A stretch of DNA of 64,000 nt from Mobula hypostoma (Eukaryota). The translations under genes and the position numbers were made by a program. Within the stretch, counting starts at the first letter, position 1, and every line of letters starts with the position of its first letter. The notes under the pieces are model-generated. The model made no database searches. It worked only from the letters and a program-made list of their open reading frames with translations, and was not told where the DNA came from. Shown here piece after piece: positions 11,115-24,740 of the stretch. Location of the stretch: NCBI RefSeq assembly GCF_963921235.1, contig NC_086108.1, forward strand, positions 58,840,001 through 58,904,000. Reading direction: 5' to 3'.

Positions 11115-11480
11115 TGAAAAGCCGGTTGATTGCATCACAGCCTGGTATGGAAACACCAATGCCCACTGTGGATATGGCCCCGCCTGTCACAAGAAAAGCC
11201 CTCTCCACCATTGAGCATATTTACAAGCAGTGCTGTCACATGAATGCAGCAATCATTATCCAGGATCTCCACCATCCAGGCTATTCTCCCTTCTCACTGA
11301 TGTCATTAGGATCGAGGTACAGGAGCCTTGGGTCCCTCACCAGCAGGTTCAGGAACAGTTATTACTCTTCACCCATCAGACTCCTGAACCTGAACACTGA
11401 AATGATTCCATAACCTATGGACTTAATTGCAAGGACTCTACAGCTCATGTTCTCAGTACTATCTATCTACTTACTTACTT
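11115..11480 (+). mobile_element. Rex1/Babar-type LINE 3' fragment
   Basis: CITAWYGN; HHPGYSPFSL..GSRYRSL..TSRFRNSYY..IRLLN. Confidence 0.75.
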
Positions 11481-11484
11481 AATC

Positions 11485-11985
11485 CGAATCAAAGGTTTAA
11501 GATCACTGGCATGTCGTGAAATTTGCTGTTTTGTGCCAGCAGGACATTGCAACACATAATAATAAAAAAAATAAACAACACTATAAATTATAATAACTTC
11601 GGTATATACATATAAAATAGGTAGTGCAAAAAGAGAAAAAAGTGAGTGTTCACGGGTTCATTATCTATAAGTTACAATAAGAAATACATTTTAAAATTTT
11701 TTATTAAATAAGTAGTACAAAACAGAACAAAAAAAAGGAAAAAAATATTGAGGTGCTGTGCACGTGCTCAATATCTATTCAGAAATTTGATGGCAGAGAG
11801 GAAGAAGGTGTTACTAAAACATTGAGTGTGGGTCTTCAGGCTCCTGTATCACCTCCTGATGGTAGCAAGGAGAAGAGGAGATGTCCTGGTGATGGGGGTC
11901 CTTAATGATGGATGCTGCCTTTTTGAGGCATCACCTTTAGAAGATGTCCTCGATGCTGGGGAGGATAGTGCTTGTGATGGAGAGC
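11485..11985 (-). mobile_element. Rex1/Babar-type LINE 3' fragment
   Basis: Minus strand reads LLPSG..YRSLKTHTQ.F..; (gattc) tail and AT-rich UTR. Confidence 0.7.
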
Positions 11986-12344
11986 ACACTCCTTACATGC
12001 GTCCATTTACACACACACAAATATTGCCTTTTCATTCTGCTGCTGTTGCGCTGAGTGTACATGCCTTCCCTGGTATCTTCTCATAATGGGTTCTAAACTG
12101 AGCTAATACGCTCAAGTTGGCTTTGTGGTGCCTTTTGTGCCATACACTGTGGAATATTTCATTTCCTTGGTAGTGTGAATGTGTAAATGGCTATGTGTCA
12201 TTTGTATACTGTATTTAAGATAGATACTTTTGTTTATTTTATAATATGATTGTAACCACATTGCAGGATGCATCATATTCTAATGCTTGTGTAGTCTTAC
12301 GTTAACTTCATGTGTAATTAAAGACATGCTAATTTTTTTTTTGA

Positions 12345-12995
12345 GCTTTCAGTGGAGTTAGAGGTGTTGGTGAGCTTTCTTGGCCTTGATATCCATGTGG
12401 TTGGACCAGGATAGACTATAGGTGATGTTCATACTGAGGAACTTGAAGCTCTCAAACCTGTCAATCTCAACACTGTTGATGTAGACAGAAGTATGTGCAC
12501 CACTCTCCGCTCCTTCCAGAAGTCAATGATCAGCTCTTATGTTGACATTGAGGGAAAGGTTGTTGTCATGACACCATGTTGCTGAACTCTCTATCTGCTT
12601 CCTCTACTTCAACTCACCGTTATTTGTCTTGCAGCCCACTACATTTGCAAACTCGTAGATGGAGATAGAGCAGAATCTGGCCACGGTCATGAGAATACAG
12701 GGAGTAATGTAAAAGGCTGAGGACACCCTATCATAGAGCTCCAGTGTTTAAATAGTCATGGTGAAGGTGCTGCTGCCGGTCTTTATGAATTGCGGTCTAA
12801 GATTCAAGGATCCAGTAGCAGAGTGCAACATTGACTCTTAGGGACTGGAGTTTGGTGATGCGTTTGCTTGGAATAATAGTATTGTAGCCAGATTGCAGTC
12901 AATAAACAATAGTCTGACATGGGTATCTGTACTGTCTAGATGATCCAGAAATGAGTGTAAGGCCAGGGAGATGGCATCTGCTATAGACTGGTTTC
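12345..12995 (-). mobile_element. Rex1/Babar-type LINE RT fragment
   Basis: NQSIADAISLALHSFLDHLD..DTHVRLLFID in ORF 12838..13119(-); further LSLNV..ELIIDF and FKFLS motifs. Confidence 0.8.
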
Positions 12996-14425
12996 GGGAT
13001 AGGCAAATTGCTTTGGTCCTAGATGAGCTGATCAAAATTAGAAGTGAGGGTCTGTACTTATTAGTACTCGATGACTGTTGGGCAAGAGGACAGTCAACAT
13101 ATTCGTCCCTCAGTATCAATCAACAAGCTTCAAAACCTGGGTCTCTGAACCTCCCACTGCAACTGAACCCTCAACTTCCTTATCGTGAGACCATAATCAA
13201 CACACCTGAAGGATGCATGCTTAGCCCACTGTTCTACTCTCTCTATACTCATGACTATGTGGATAAGTACAGCGCAAACACCACCTATAAATTTTCCGAT
13301 GACACCGCTGTTGTTAACAGAATAATAAGCAACTGCTTTGAGAGGCTGGTCAGGGATTACATCTGCAGCTTGCTACCACCCGAACTGGATCCCTTACAAT
13401 TCGCCCTCTGACACAACCGATCGACAGATGATGCAATAGCCACTGCTCTACATACCGTCCTTATACATCTAGAGAAGAAGGATGCTTATGTGAGAATGCT
13501 GTTCTTGGACTACAGTTCACCATTCAACACCATAATTTCATCCAGGTAGCTCAGAGACCTCGGTCTTGACCCTGCCTTGTGCAGCTGGATCCCGGACTTC
13601 CCGTCAGATCGCCGGCAGGTGGTAAGAGTGGGCTCCCTCATCTCCAACCCTCTGCCCCTCAGGGCTGTGTACTAAGTCCCCTCCTTTATTCCCTGTATAC
13701 CCATGACTGTGTTGCCACCCACAGCTCTAATTTGCTAATTAAATTTGCTGACACTACTATATTGATTGGCCTAATCTCAAACAATAATGAGGTGGCCTAC
13801 AGGGAAGAAGTCATCTCTCTGACACAGTGGTGTCAAGAAAACAACCTCTCCCTCAATGTTGCAAAAACAAAGGAGCTGGTTGTGGATTACAGGAAGAATG
13901 GAGATGGGCATTCCTATTGACATCAATGGATCTGTGGTAAATACCTTTAAGTTCCTCCGCATCCACATCACTGAGGGCCTCACATGGCCTGTACACACAA
14001 GCTGTGCGGTGAAAAAGGCACAACAGCACCTTTTTCACCTCAGACGGTTGAGGAAGTTTGGTATGGGCCACCAAATCCTAAGAACTTCCTACAGGGGCAC
14101 AACTCTGAGCATCCTGACTGGCTGCATCACTGCCTGGTATGGGAACTGTACCTCCCTTAATCGCAGGACTCTGCAGAGAGTGGTGTGGACAGCCCAGTGC
14201 ATCTGTAGTTGTGAACTTCCCATGATTCAGGACATTTACAAGGACAGGTGTGTAAAAAGGGCCCGAAGGATCACTGGGGACCCGAGTCACCCCAATCACA
14301 ATTTATTCCAGCTGCTACCATCTGGGAAATGGTACCGCAGCACCAAAGTCAGAACTGACAGGCTCTGGGACAGCTTCTTCCACCAGGCTATTAGTCTGAT
14401 TAACTCACCATGATCTGAGTTTATT

Positions 14426-16948
14426 TGTCACAACCACGGATTTGGCAGCATAGTAGATATGACAATTGCGCTTGTGAATATGCATGTGTCAGCTAATTAT
14501 TATTTAATTGTGATAGTATTTAGCTGTATTCATTTCATCGTAGTATTTGTCAAGACATGGACATAGCTATGCTTTGCTTTCTGCATTCTGCCTTGCCTGA
14601 GAAATTGGACTGTTGAGTCAACTGACTGAAGACTAGCAGTATTTGTTTTATTCTTAGTTGTTCTTTTCAGCTGCAGTGAAGGCCATTCACCATTTGAGAG
14701 TTTTAGCTAACGGCCCTGTTTGGCCTAGTGTTTATTGTTTTCTTCTCCCAGTAACACTGTTCGCATTAAAGTCTGTAAAATATCAACCCACTTCAGTATC
14801 TCTCACTCCGCACTTGGGCCATATCCAAAACTGGTGACAGCAAGTCTCGACCACGCAAAAGTGGACCCAACGGAGAGGGAGCATCTGACCTTGGCTATGA
14901 GATTCATTGTCAGTGATTCGTCGAAGCAACAATGTTCCATTGGAATTCCTATGTATGAACTTTTGTTTCTGTTTCCAGCGTGACAGAAGGATCTTGCTAA
15001 GTAATGGACCCAGCAAAGTTTGAACAGTGACGTTTTGACATTTGCGGCTTGAGGAGAGGCTGCCTTTATTCTCAGTGCATGTCCTGAGTCTACATTCCAA
15101 GCTTCTCTAGTCCGCATTGAGTTTCTCCGGTATCCATTCCAAGCTTTCCAAGTCACAAGGATCCAGGTTCCCAGCTTCGTGGTCCTGTGACTCAGGTCTG
15201 GATAACAAATGAGCACTTCAAGCAAGCTTATCAATTGATTCAACAAATCATCATTCCAGTCAATAATGTAAATTCTGGAAGAGCCCAACTCCAAAAGCTG
15301 ATCCCTGGTTGGTATGTGTGAATGCGCATGTAAAGTAACCCTGTCAAGAGTATTTTTAACCTCTTGATGAAAGTCGTGGTACAGTCTGGGAAGATTGAAC
15401 TTTCTTGTAGCAAATTAAACAGATCTACAGAGAACCAGCCAGCTTTGCAATGAAAGAAACCTGTCTATGCTGTCTTGATCTGTACAATTGAGAGTATATC
15501 CTAATTGCCTCTGGAAAGATTGTGAAAGATAAAACATTGAGTAAGATTTGAAAAGGTTCCTTCTCTAGGTTTCAGGTTTCATGCTTTCAAGGTTTCCCAA
15601 GGACTTTTCTCTATCTTACTAATGTTTTTATTTTTCCGATTATTTCCAAGGCTGATTCAATGTGTTTAGGGTTTTTCAATGTCCTCCCCCATCTAGAGGA
15701 CTCCCAAGCCTCCCTCTCAGGCCTGCCTGAGGTTTCTTGATTTCACTCGAGGTTCCCTGGTTTCTGAGTCTGTTGGAGTTCCCAGGTCTCTCAGTCTCTC
15801 GGGATTCCCTGGTCTCTGAGTCTGTTGGGGTTCCCAGGTCTCTCAGTCTCTCGGGATTCCCTGGTCTCTGAGTCTGTTGGGGTTCCCAGGGTCTCTCAGT
15901 CTCTATGGATCCCCAAGTCTCCCTGCCTCTCAAGTTCCCCATGTCTCCCTCTCAAGTTCCCCAGGTCTCTTGAGTCTTTCCTGAATCTTGAGCTTTCAGG
16001 TCTCCCAGGGCCATCAGGTGCCAGCTATAGGGAGGGGAATCCTGTTGTGACTTCTTCAGGCCTGTACAGGGCATCAGAGAACATTGGGCTGAGGTTTTTA
16101 GAGCACCTGAGTTTGTTAATTGTTGCTTAGCAACAGTTATTAATAGTTTAAGAATTCCTTGTGTTTTTCTTGAGCGGCTCGCTCTTCGTAGTGTGGTTTC
16201 TTGATGCTTTCTGTTTAAGTTTATTTTGATAGGCTCAAGAATTCTATGTTAGTGTTATTGTTGAAGCAGATGCCCAATTAGCTCCAATCGGAGAGTTCTC
16301 ATTTTGAGAATTATTTGTCTCACGGTGTCACTTGGTCGAGCTACCTCTGTATAAGCTCTTGTCTCCGTCTCTACATGGAAGTCTTGGGCTCAGATACTGG
16401 CAGTGCAGACCATGGCACTTATCTACCAGCATCACTGAAGGACATCTTGGACAAGTCCCTCATTCGGGACTTCCAGAGGACACAGGTCTGTGGTGCCTCG
16501 GGGGCTGGGCTTAGAGAGGGGTCCCTGTCACAACCACGAATTTGGCAGTGCAGTAGATACGACAATTACACTCATGATTATGCATGCATCGGCTAATTGT
16601 TATTTAATTGTGATAGTATTTAACTCCATTCATTGTGTCGTAGTATTTGTCGAGACTTGGACATGGATGTAGCTACGCTTCGCTTTCTGCATTCTGCCTT
16701 GCCTGAGAAATTGGACTGTCGAGTCAACTGACTCTGAAGATTAGTGGTATTCGTTTGATTCTTTGTTTTCTTTTCAGCGGCAGTGAAGGCTTTGTTCACC
16801 ATTTGAGAGTTTTAGCTAATGGCCCTGTTTGGCCTAGTGTTTATTGTTTTCTTTTCCATGTAACACTGTTCGCATTAAAGTCTGTGAAATATTGACCCGC
16901 CTCAGTGTCTCTCACTCCGCACTTGGGCCATATGTGAACCTGGTGACA
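14426..16948 (+). mobile_element. Non-autonomous Tf1/sushi-type (chromovirus) LTR retrotransposon with both LTRs
   Basis: LTRs 14426-14839 and 16526-16948 (TGTCAC..GTGACA); flanks ttatt/gtatt (5-bp TSD, 1 mismatch); PPT agagagggg before the 3' LTR; MDPA gag start near 15004; chromodomain tail DILDKSLIRDFQR near 16440; no RT. Confidence 0.9.
15753..15905 (+). repeat. 52-bp tandem repeat (two related ~26-bp subunits), about 3 copies
   Basis: ttccctggtctctgagtctgttggggttcccaggtctctcagtctctcggga repeated. Confidence 0.85.
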
Positions 16949-18099
16949 GTATTTCTGTTACATTGACTGTTCTATTTATTATAAATTATTATAAATTACT
17001 GTGATTGCACATTTAGACGGAGACGTAACATAAAGATTTTTACTCCTCGTGTATGTGAAGGATGTAAGTAATAAAGTCAATTCAAATTAAAATATCAGGT
17101 GGTGACAAGGAGATGTACAGGAGTGAGATAGATTGCCTGTTGAGTATAATGACAAGCTCACACTCAGTGTCAGCAAGAAGAGGGAATTAATTCTGGACAT
17201 CAGGAAGGAGAAGTCAGGAGAATACACACCAGTCATCATTGAGGATTCAGTGGTGGAAAAGGTAGAGCAGTTTCAAGTTCCTGGGAAAGGATCTATCCTG
17301 ATCCAACACATTGATGGACTCATGAAGCAGGACAGCCGCTCTACTTCATTAGGACTTTCAGAGATTTCGCATATCATCAAAGGCATTTGCAAGTTTATAT
17401 TAATGTATGGGGGAGAGCATTCTGACTGGTATGGAGCCTCTAGTGCACAGGATCACAAGAGGCTGCAGAGTTTTGCAGACTCCCCCACCTCCATTACGAG
17501 CATAACCTTCTTTGCCATAATGGACGTCTTCAAGAGGTGGTGCCTCACGAAGGTGGCATTGATCATTAATACCCTTCTGGGACACGCAGTCTTCTCATTA
17601 CTACTATCAGAGAGGAGATACTGGAGCCTGAAGACCCACACTCAACGATTTAGGAACAGCCTGTTCCCCTCTGCCATCAGATTTCTGATCTGTCCATAAA
17701 CCCATGAACACCATCTCATTTTTCGGTTTTTTTGCTCTTCATTTTGTAATTTATAGTAATTTTGTAATATATAGGTTTATTTAGTAATTTAGTAATTTAT
17801 AGTAATTTCATGACTTTGCACTCTATTGTCATTCTGATTTGCATATTTCTGGCACTCAGTGCCAGCACTATTTAAAACTCATTGAAGATTTCTTTATTTC
17901 TTGGCTTGAAGTTAGCTCTTTGAAAGTTGTTTTCTTTTCTTTGATTTAGTTTGTAACATTCCTACCAATTGCATCCTATCATATGAATTCCTTGGGGGAG
18001 AAAAAAAGAATCATGAGAAACAATTTTCACTAAGTTCAACTCCAATGTAAAATACCATATCTCCAATTCCTCAGAATTACTGCTGCATTAAACACATTA

Positions 18100-19955
18100 A
18101 AATCTTGGCATGAGAAAGAAGAACAGGCATAAGCAGGTAAGAACAAATGAGGTGCTTATGGAGTATAAGTAATGCAAGAGAACCCTTAAGAAAGGTATCA
18201 AGAGAACAAAAAGAAGGCATGAGTTTGCTCTAGCAGACAAGGTAAAGTAGAATCCTGAGGGATTCTACAGATATGTGAAGAGCATAAGGATTGTAAGGGA
18301 CAGAATTGCTCCTCTGGAAGATTGGAATGGTAATCCATGTGAGGAGCCAAGCGATGGGGAAGATCTTAATAACTTTTTTGCATCTGTGTTTACTCAGCAG
18401 ACAGAGTCTATAGAAGTGAGGCAAAGTGGCATCCATTTCATGGACCCTATACAGATTATCTAGGAAGATGTGTTTGCTGTCCTGAGGCAAATCAGGGTGG
18501 ATAAATCCCCAGGGCCTGACAAGGTGTTCCCCCAGACCCTATAGGAGGCAAGTGCAGAAATTGCTAAGGCCCTAGCAGAGATACTTAAATAATCCTTGGT
18601 GACAGGAGAGATACCAGAGGATTGGAGGATAGCCAATGTTGTTCTGCTTTATAAGAAAGGCTGTAAACATAAACCAGGAAATTATAGGCCAGTGGGTCTG
18701 ACATCAGTAGTGAGAGTTATTGGAAGGTATTCTAAGGGACCGGATTTTATAAGTATTTGGATAGACATGGATGGATTAAGGATAGTCAGCATAGCTTTGT
18801 GCATGGTTGGTCATGAATAACCAAATTTATAGAGTTTTTTGAGGAAGTTACCAGGAAAATGGATGAAGAAAAGGCAGTAGATGTTGTCTACATGAACTTT
18901 CACAAGTCGCTTGGCAAGGACCCACATGGGAGGTTGGTCAAGAAGGTTCAGTTGTTTGACATTAAATTGGATTAGACATTGACCTGTGGGAGAAGCCAGA
19001 GCATGGTTGCCTCTCTGACTGGAGGCCTGCGACAGAGATTAGAGCTGGGTCCTTTGTTGTTTGTTATCTGTCTCAATGACCTGGATGATAATATGGTTAA
19101 CTGAATCAGCAAATTTGAAGATGACACCAAGATTTGAGGTGTCATGGACAGCGAGGAAGACTATCAGAGCTTGTAGTAGTATCTGGACCAGCTGGAAAAA
19201 TGGGCTGAAAAATGCCAGATGGAATTTAATGCAGACAAGTGCGAGCTGTTGCACTTTGGTAGGACCAACCAGGGTAGGTCTCACACAGTTAATGGTAGGG
19301 CACTGAGGAGTATAGTAGAAGAAAGGGATCTGGGAACATAGGTCCGTAATTCATTGAAAATGGTGTCACAGGTAGATAGGGTTGTAAAGAAAGTTTTTCG
19401 CACATTGGGCTTCGTAAATCAAAGTATTGAGTACAGGAGATGGGATGTTATGTTGAAGTTATACAAGTGTTGACGAGGCCTAATTTAAAGTATTGTGTAC
19501 TGTTTTGCTCACCTACTTACAAGGAAGATGTAAATAAGGTTGAAGGTACAGAGAAAATTGAGAAGGATGTTGCTGGGTCTGGAGGACCTGAGTTATAAGG
19601 AAAGATTGAATAGGTTAGAGTTTTATTCGTTAGAACATAGGAGATTGACAGTAGATTTGATAGAGGTTTCCACTGAGGTTAGGTGGGACTACAACCAGAG
19701 GTCATGGGTTAAGAGTGAAAGGTGAGAAGTTTAGGGGGAAAATGAGGGGAAACTTGTTCAGAGGTTCATAAATGTGGAACAAGCTACTAGTACAGGTGGT
19801 GCATGCAAGCTTGATTTCAACAGTTAAGCAAAGTTTGGATAGGTACGTGGATGGTAGGGGTGTGGATGTCTATGGTCCCTGTGCAGGTTGATGGGAGTAG
19901 GCAATTTAAATGGTTTTCACACGGACTAGATGAGCTGTACTTTTCTATGGCTCTA
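18100..19955 (+). mobile_element. CR1 LINE, 5'-truncated, decayed ORF2
   Basis: KSPGPD; IPEDWRIANVV.LYKKG.K.KPGNYRPVGLTSVV; KFEDDTK; (ctatg) tail. Confidence 0.9.
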
Positions 19956-20559
19956 TGTTCATTGAATTTGGAAAGCATATTTTTGCCTTGACATTGCCGC
20001 AGTATAATAGCAGGAAGAAAGTGTTTCCTTCACTCACTGCACTTCTTTTGCAATGATAGATGGAGATGAAGAATTTGTCTAGATGACTGCCCACAACCAG
20101 AAATACCTTAGTTCTGCTTTTTTCACATTGAAATAAAGTAGCCACACTTGCAGCAGCAGAATGTGAAACAAGGAACTTCAAATCTGCAGTTTTTTATGAT
20201 ATCGCTTGTCAGACTCACTTCTGAAAAAACATGATATTTGTAAATAATAACCTGAAAAGAGGGACAAGCTGCTTAGTGCAAGACATTAATGTTGCCATTG
20301 ACTTGACATAATATAATAGATTATTTGTGAGTAATTTAAAAGCTTGGATTTCCAATGTGGAGCACAAGAGGAAAGGTTTAAATGTGCTCCAAGTTTAAGG
20401 AACTGTAAAGGAAAAGAATAAGCAGCAGATGGTGCAATAAGTTTGGGTTTTGATACAGGAGAGCAAAGTGCATTTACATGGAGCAATTTCTTTTCTACTT
20501 CACCAAGATAATTTCACTCTTGTAGCATTTCATATTTGTACCAATATATCTATTATAGC

Positions 20560-20965
20560 ATATCCATTTCTTAGAATGATACATAGACTCCAGTGATTAA
20601 ATTAGGAATGGAGATTATGAATTCTAGTGCTAAGGAGTGAGTGATTTGATTATTTTAAGTCATTATAAAGGACCAATAAGGTAGATCAAAAATATTATTT
20701 CTGTAATTTGGGGAGGCCAGCTCTAGCCTATATATGCAATTAATTTGAGTCAGGCCTTTCCTAAATTAAGAAACACAAAGAGTGGTAAAAATGTGGAACT
20801 CTGTCATAAATATCAATTCATGCTTGGTTCATTGTTAATTTTAAATCTAAAACTGGTAGACTTTTACTAAAGATGCAGGAACATGTTGGGTATAGTGAGT
20901 CAGATCACATAAGTCATATTATTAATTGGCAGAATGACCTTGAAGGGCTACATGGCTTATCATGC
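20560..20965 (+). mobile_element. Ancient CR1-type 3' end
   Basis: Decayed ..gagtggtaaaaatgtggaactc..; gaagggctacatggcttatcatgct tail stem. Confidence 0.45.
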
Positions 20966-21477
20966 TTTTGATTTTATGTTATGGTTTCTTCTACATATTT
21001 TGGCTGTAAAACTGAGCTGCTTCCCCTATGATCTACCTCTTGTTCTAATAAAGCCCAATGAACATTTGAGGAGCAGTACCGCATCTTCCACTGGGCATGC
21101 TGCAGCCTTTGGGACTCGATCACATACAGTAACTCATTTTTCCTGCTTGTATCAGAACTGAATAGCTTTGCTGTAGGTTTATGCATTAATTAATGTAATA
21201 TTTCTGTTTTCCACAGACACTGTCTGGTTATTGGGTATTTCCTTTATTCCTCATTTCAGCAACAGCTTTGACTTGCATTTTTACAGTTTATATGGCTCAT
21301 TTATCTATTTTCTCTCTGTCTACTCTCGTTCATTAATTGGATACTGGATGAACCACCTTGGCCTCACCCTATCCAAAATATCCCTTTAATCTATACACAC
21401 CTCTCTTGTGCTGCTCGCAACATAAAGCATGTTTTCTCATTTATCCAGTACAGGTGAAGAGACTCTGATGTGAACTT

Positions 21478-23755
21478 AGAACATTGAACAGCACAGCACA
21501 ATACAGGCCCTTTTGTTCATGATGTTGTGCCGACCCATACACCTACTGAAAGATCAATCTAATCTTTCCCTCCTAAATAGCCCTCCATTTTTCTTTCAGC
21601 CATGTGCCTACTTAAGAGTCTCTTAAATGTCCCTATTGTATCTGCCTCAACCACTAAGCCTGGCAGTGTGTTCCAGGCATCTACAATTCTCTATATTAAA
21701 AACCTACCTTTGACACCGGCCTCTATATATTCTTCCAAATACCTTAAAAGTTATACCCCCTTGTATTAGCCAGTTCCACCTCAGAGAAAGTCTCTGGCTG
21801 TCCACTCCATCTATGCCTCTTCTCATCTTGTACTCCTCTATCAAGTTATCTCTCATCCTCCTTCACTCTGCTGGGAAAAGCCATAGCTTGCTCAACCTGT
21901 CCTCATAAGACATGCTCTCTATTCCAAGCAACATCCTGGTAAATTTCCTCTGCACCTTCTATAACGTTTCTGCATCCTTCCTATAATGCGGTGACCAGAA
22001 CTCAACACCAAACTCTAAGTATGGTCTAACCAGAGATTTACAGAGCTGCAGTATTCCCTCCGTTTCCCCACACTATTAAGAACCCTGGCATTAGCTTAGT
22101 ATTCTGCCTTCAAGTTTGACCTCCCAACGTGAATAATTTCACACTTTTCCAGATTGAACTCCATCTGCCTATTCTCAGCCCAACTCTGTTATATCAATGT
22201 CCTGTTATAACCCACAACTTTGTACATTATCCATGATCCCACCACCCTTTGTGTGATGTGCAAGCTTACTTACCACCCCTCCACTTCCTTATCCACGTCA
22301 TTTGTAAAAGTCATAAAGAGCAGGGGTCCCTGGACAGATCCCTGTGAACACAAACCTCCAGGCAGAATACAGTACATCAGCTACCACTCTCTGTCTTCTG
22401 TGGGTGAGCCAATTCCAAACCAAAGCAGCCAAGTTTCCCTGATTCCATGTGCCCTGACTTTCTGTATGAAATTACCTTGATAAACTTTGTCAAATGCCTT
22501 CCTAAAATCCATATACACAATATCTCCTGTCGTGCCGTCATCAAAATGTTATGTCACATCCTCAAAGAATTTGATCAGGCTTATGAGGCACAACTGCCCT
22601 TCACAAAGCCATGTTGACTATCCCTAATCAGATTATATTCCTTCAAATGCTCGTAAATCCTGTCTCTAAGAGTCCTCTCCAATAGTTTGCCAACCACTGA
22701 TGTAAAACTCAGTGGTGTATAATTCCCAGGGTTATCTCTACTACCCTTCTTCAACAAAGGGATAACATATGACATACTCCAATCCTTTAGCACAACTCCT
22801 GTGGCCAGTGAGGAGACAAAGGTCATCACCAAAGGCACAACAATCTCTTCCCTCACTTTCTGTAGTAACCTGGTGTTTATCCTGTCAGTCTTATCCATCA
22901 ATGATTTACAAAAGTTCCAGCATATCTTCTTTCTTAATGTTGAATATTAGCTCATTCTATGCTGGCCTCATGTTCATCGAGTCCCCTTTCACTGTAAATA
23001 CTGAAGCAAAGTATTCATTAAGGATCTCCCCTACCTCCTCTGCCTCCAGCCTGATGTTTCTCTTTTATCACTGATCTGTTCTACCATACTAGTCATCTTC
23101 CCATTCTTCATAAGAATGCCTTGGGGTTTTCTTTAATCCCAATCACCAAGACTACTCATGTCTACTTCTAGCTCTCCTAAGACTCTTCTTAAGCTTCTTC
23201 CTAACTCTCCAGAGCCCCGTTTGATACTTACTTCCTAAACCTTAATACTGACAGGAGAAGGGGCAAAGGTGGGTTATTGGCACCTTAAAACTAGTTGCTT
23301 CGGGCAGATGGGGCTTGTCAGTCGTGACTGGCAGTTCATCTGTGAGAAGGAAAATTCTGATCTCAAACCTCCACTGCTTTGCAGCTATACACACGCATGG
23401 GGTAGGTTTTGGTAGTAAACATTGAGGGGAAATTATCCAGACTTGGAGACCCTAAGGTAGTCCTGACTGGCAACTTCTATTATGCTGCTGGTGCCAAACT
23501 GTATCAGTTTCTGCCGTTCCTTTGAGTTCATCAGTTGCACCGAGAGGGAGAGCTTACAACATGGGTAACGGTTTGCTCTCCATATTGTACTGCCTTGACT
23601 TGCATATCTAGACAGTAGGCCGTGTCATCCAAGGTTGACCCTGACCGATCTAGGCCTTGACTCAACTTGACTTGAAACCGTAAATATGCTGCTTTCTTCT
23701 TCTTGACTAGATGGTCCACGTCTCTTGTCATCCAGGGTTCTGGACAGGTTTCTTC
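21478..23755 (-). mobile_element. CR1 LINE, 5'-truncated, with an RTE-type insertion
   Basis: ORF 22581..22901(-) KDWSMSYVIPLLKKGSRDNPGNYTPLSFTSVVGKLLE..SQHGFVKG; agaacat tail at 21478. Confidence 0.9.
23247..23672 (+). mobile_element. 5'-truncated copy of the AviRTE-like non-autonomous element
   Basis: Homologous to 5060-5475; (acttg)n tail; degenerate flanking duplication aaaccttaata/aaaccgtaaata. Confidence 0.7.
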
Positions 23756-24104
23756 CACGAGGCAGGGAAAGGAACCCCGTGCAAGTGAAATTTAATGTTT
23801 CTCTTCTGCAAGTGCTTTCAAACTCGCAGCATTTTTTGTTTTCATTTCAGTTTTTGATTTTCAAGCACTAGAGAAGATGATATCTGAAACATATTGCATC
23901 TTGCCACATACCATTCCATGATATTCACACTCCCTCAGAGGCAGCCCCTCTTTGCCCCTTGTAGAAAGGGCAAAGCACTGGTTATTCCCTCTTCCAGGGA
24001 GCAGCAGGTGGAGCGTGGTGTGTGGTTTGAAAGGAGTATAGTCTCCTCCCATGATGAAATCTGTCTCTTCATTCAAGCACTAGGGCATCTGTAGCTCCCT
24101 CTGT

Positions 24105-24740
24105 AACTGGATCCTTGACTTCCTTATTGGGAGACCACAGTCAGTGCAGATCAGTGATTACTTCTCTTCCTCATTGACTATCAACACAAGTGTACCTGAA
24201 GGATGTGTGGTTCGCTCACTGCACTGTTCTCTCCATATTCATGACTCTGTGGCTAAGCACAGCTCAAATGCCATTTGCAAATTCTACTGTTGGTAGAATC
24301 CTAGATGACCATGAGGAAGCTTACAGGAGTGAGACAGATAGGCTAGTTGAGTGTTGCTGCAACAACCTCAATGTCAGCAAGCCCAGAGAATTGTGGACTT
24401 CAGGAAGGGGTAGTCTGAAGAACATACATCACTCCTCAAGACATACACCACATCTTCAAGAGGTGTCCTAAGAATATGCCATCCATCATTAAGGATCCTC
24501 ACCATCCAAGAAAAAGCCTATTCTTGTTACTAACAGCAGCGAGTAGGTACAAGAGCCTGAAGATCCACACTCAGTGAGCTTCCAATCCTCCGCTGTCAGA
24601 TTTCTGAACAGTCTATGAACGCATGAATACTATTTCATTATTCCTTTATATGCATTATTTATCTATGTTTTGTAATTTATAGATTTTTATGTCTTTGTAC
24701 TGCACTGCTACCTCAAAACAATAAATGTAATTCTATTGCT
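24105..24740 (+). mobile_element. Rex1/Babar-type LINE fragment with internal deletion
   Basis: [46 protein letters not shown]-rich tail. Confidence 0.75.

Larger units (their letters stand above)
13324..17088 (+). mobile_element. Younger 5'-truncated Rex1/Babar-type LINE; 3' UTR interrupted by an LTR element
   Basis: CFERLVRDYI..LDPLQFA, APQGCVLSPLLYSLYTHDC, KFAD, SFFHQAISLINS; UTR resumes at 16949; AATAAA and tcaat tail at ~17070-17088. Confidence 0.9.
13060..17840 (+). mobile_element. Older Rex1/Babar-type LINE, split at ~13323/17091 by a younger Rex copy
   Basis: PEGCMLSPLFYSLYTHD..YKFSDDTAVVNRI stops at ~13323 and resumes as SGGDKEMYRSEID at ~17096, continuing to RFRNSLFPSAIRFL. Confidence 0.8.

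Noticed and set aside
12345..13323. Twin-priming inversion of one LINE
   Set aside because: The opposite-strand pieces cover overlapping RT regions, so they are better explained as separate insertions.
15753..15970. CRISPR-like periodic array
   Set aside because: Head-to-tail minisatellite with no unique spacers, inside a eukaryotic LTR element; no cas genes.
16025..16300. Third LTR after a PPT-like agggagggga inside the LTR element
   Set aside because: No matching partner, terminal CA or TSD could be identified.
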